From: Podarcis muralis
Taxonomy: Eukaryota
NCBI RefSeq assembly: GCF_964188315.1
Contig: NC_135668.1
Span: 36,890,001-36,954,000 of the forward strand
Direction of reading: 5' to 3'
DNA: 64,000 nt
Shown piece by piece: positions 62,928-64,000 of the stretch (position 1 is its first letter; each line of letters begins with the position of its first letter). Made by a program: the position numbers and the translations under genes. The notes beneath the pieces were generated by a model. It searched no databases and was not told the DNA's origin. It was given only the letters and a program-made list of their open reading frames with translations.

Positions 62928-63732
62928 TATTTGTTTTTAATCCTGCAGGTAGAAAACTAGCACAGCAGGGAGTGGTCTGGGTTAGCATCGTTCTCCCTGA
63001 CATGCTGCCTTTCTTTTCGGAGGGAGGTTTTCTTTTAAAAACATGCAAGCATTGAAATAGAATCACCCCATCCGGAGTATGAAATCTAACTGTCCACTGG
63101 TTTTCACAGCTGCCACATTTTTGGTACCTGGATGCAATCCCCGCTCCAGATTAAAACTGGGTTTCCTTTGTAATTTCGTTGTTCTGTATGGGACAATGAC
63201 AGTAAAGATTATCGTATATAATGGTTGCCACCACACTGGATGAGAGCCTGATGGAAAGCTATAAGGTACCTCTTGCAGTTGCCTCTGGGCAATGGTCATG
63301 CTTTGGGACACTTTGCCCCTGCCATCTCTGTCCGCTGTTGCTCCACCTGTATCAAGGAGTCTTTGGTTCTCCTTTTCTCCCCTGAGATTCCATTGCCCAT
63401 ATTTTGACAGAGTGGGAGTTCGAAGCTGCACGCAGGGGAAAGGCCTGAGCTTTGTATGCAGAAGATCCTAGGCTCAATCCCCCGGCATCTCTAGGCGTAG
63501 GACTGCGAGTCACACAGTTCTGAAACCCTGGAGAACTGCTGATAGTCAGTGTAGTCAATACTGAGTTAGATGGACCAGTAGTCTGACTTGGCTTCCTACC
63601 AGACTTTTAGACGACATCTGAAGGCAGCCCTGTTTAGGGAAGCTTTTAATGTTTGATGCATTACTTTATTTTAATATTGTGTTGGAAGCTGCCCAGAGTG
63701 GCTGGGGAAACCCAGCCAGATGGGCGGGGTAT

Positions 63733-63790
63733 AAATAATAAATAATAATAATTATTATTATTATTACTACTAATACTCCTACTACTACTA
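63733..63790. repeat. (AAT)n/(ATT)n/(ACT)n compound microsatellite at an L2 tail
   Basis: Seen directly in the sequence. Confidence 0.85.
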
Positions 63791-64000
63791 TGTTCTCAGG
63801 GCTTCAACAGTCCAGGGGGACATATTGGGGAAATGCGTGCTTCCCACTGCATGGACATTCATTTGGAAGTTGCACATTCTTTCTAGCACAGAAAGTTCTC
63901 CTTTCCTCCTTATATAAATGTTTTGTGCAATGTGTGATGTGGCCCTGTTTTGCTGGGGATGCTGTACATTGAGCAGTAGGCTGGACGTGGGCTGCATACA

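Overview
This is a vertebrate genomic window, not a microbial one. The Sauria SINE, BovB, CR1, L2 and hAT repeat content points to a squamate, probably a lacertid lizard (inference). It corresponds to the STUB1-JMJD8-WDR24 block (human 16p13.3). I reconstructed five spliced genes by hand, all with canonical GT-AG introns and consistent phases: (1) an uncharacterised 235-aa helix-hairpin-helix (HhH-GPD-like) protein with a C-terminal SV40-type NLS (minus, CDS 1969-8225), transcribed head-to-head with STUB1 from one CpG island; (2) STUB1/CHIP (plus, 10244-22784); (3) JMJD8 (minus, 27076-36137); (4) an intron-containing KLHL10 (minus, 41170-51301), in a position it does not occupy in mammals; (5) WDR24 (minus, 52989-60248). 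Introns are dense with SINEs, LINE fragments and MITEs. The most interesting observations are the orphan DNA-glycosylase-like gene and its shared promoter with STUB1, two different degenerate motif arrays flanking that promoter, a CR1-tailed SINE family with three different tRNA heads (Lys, Asn, Ile), the position of KLHL10, and MITEs carrying a ZNF143/THAP11-like motif. All homology assignments come from recalled protein and repeat sequences; no database searches were run.
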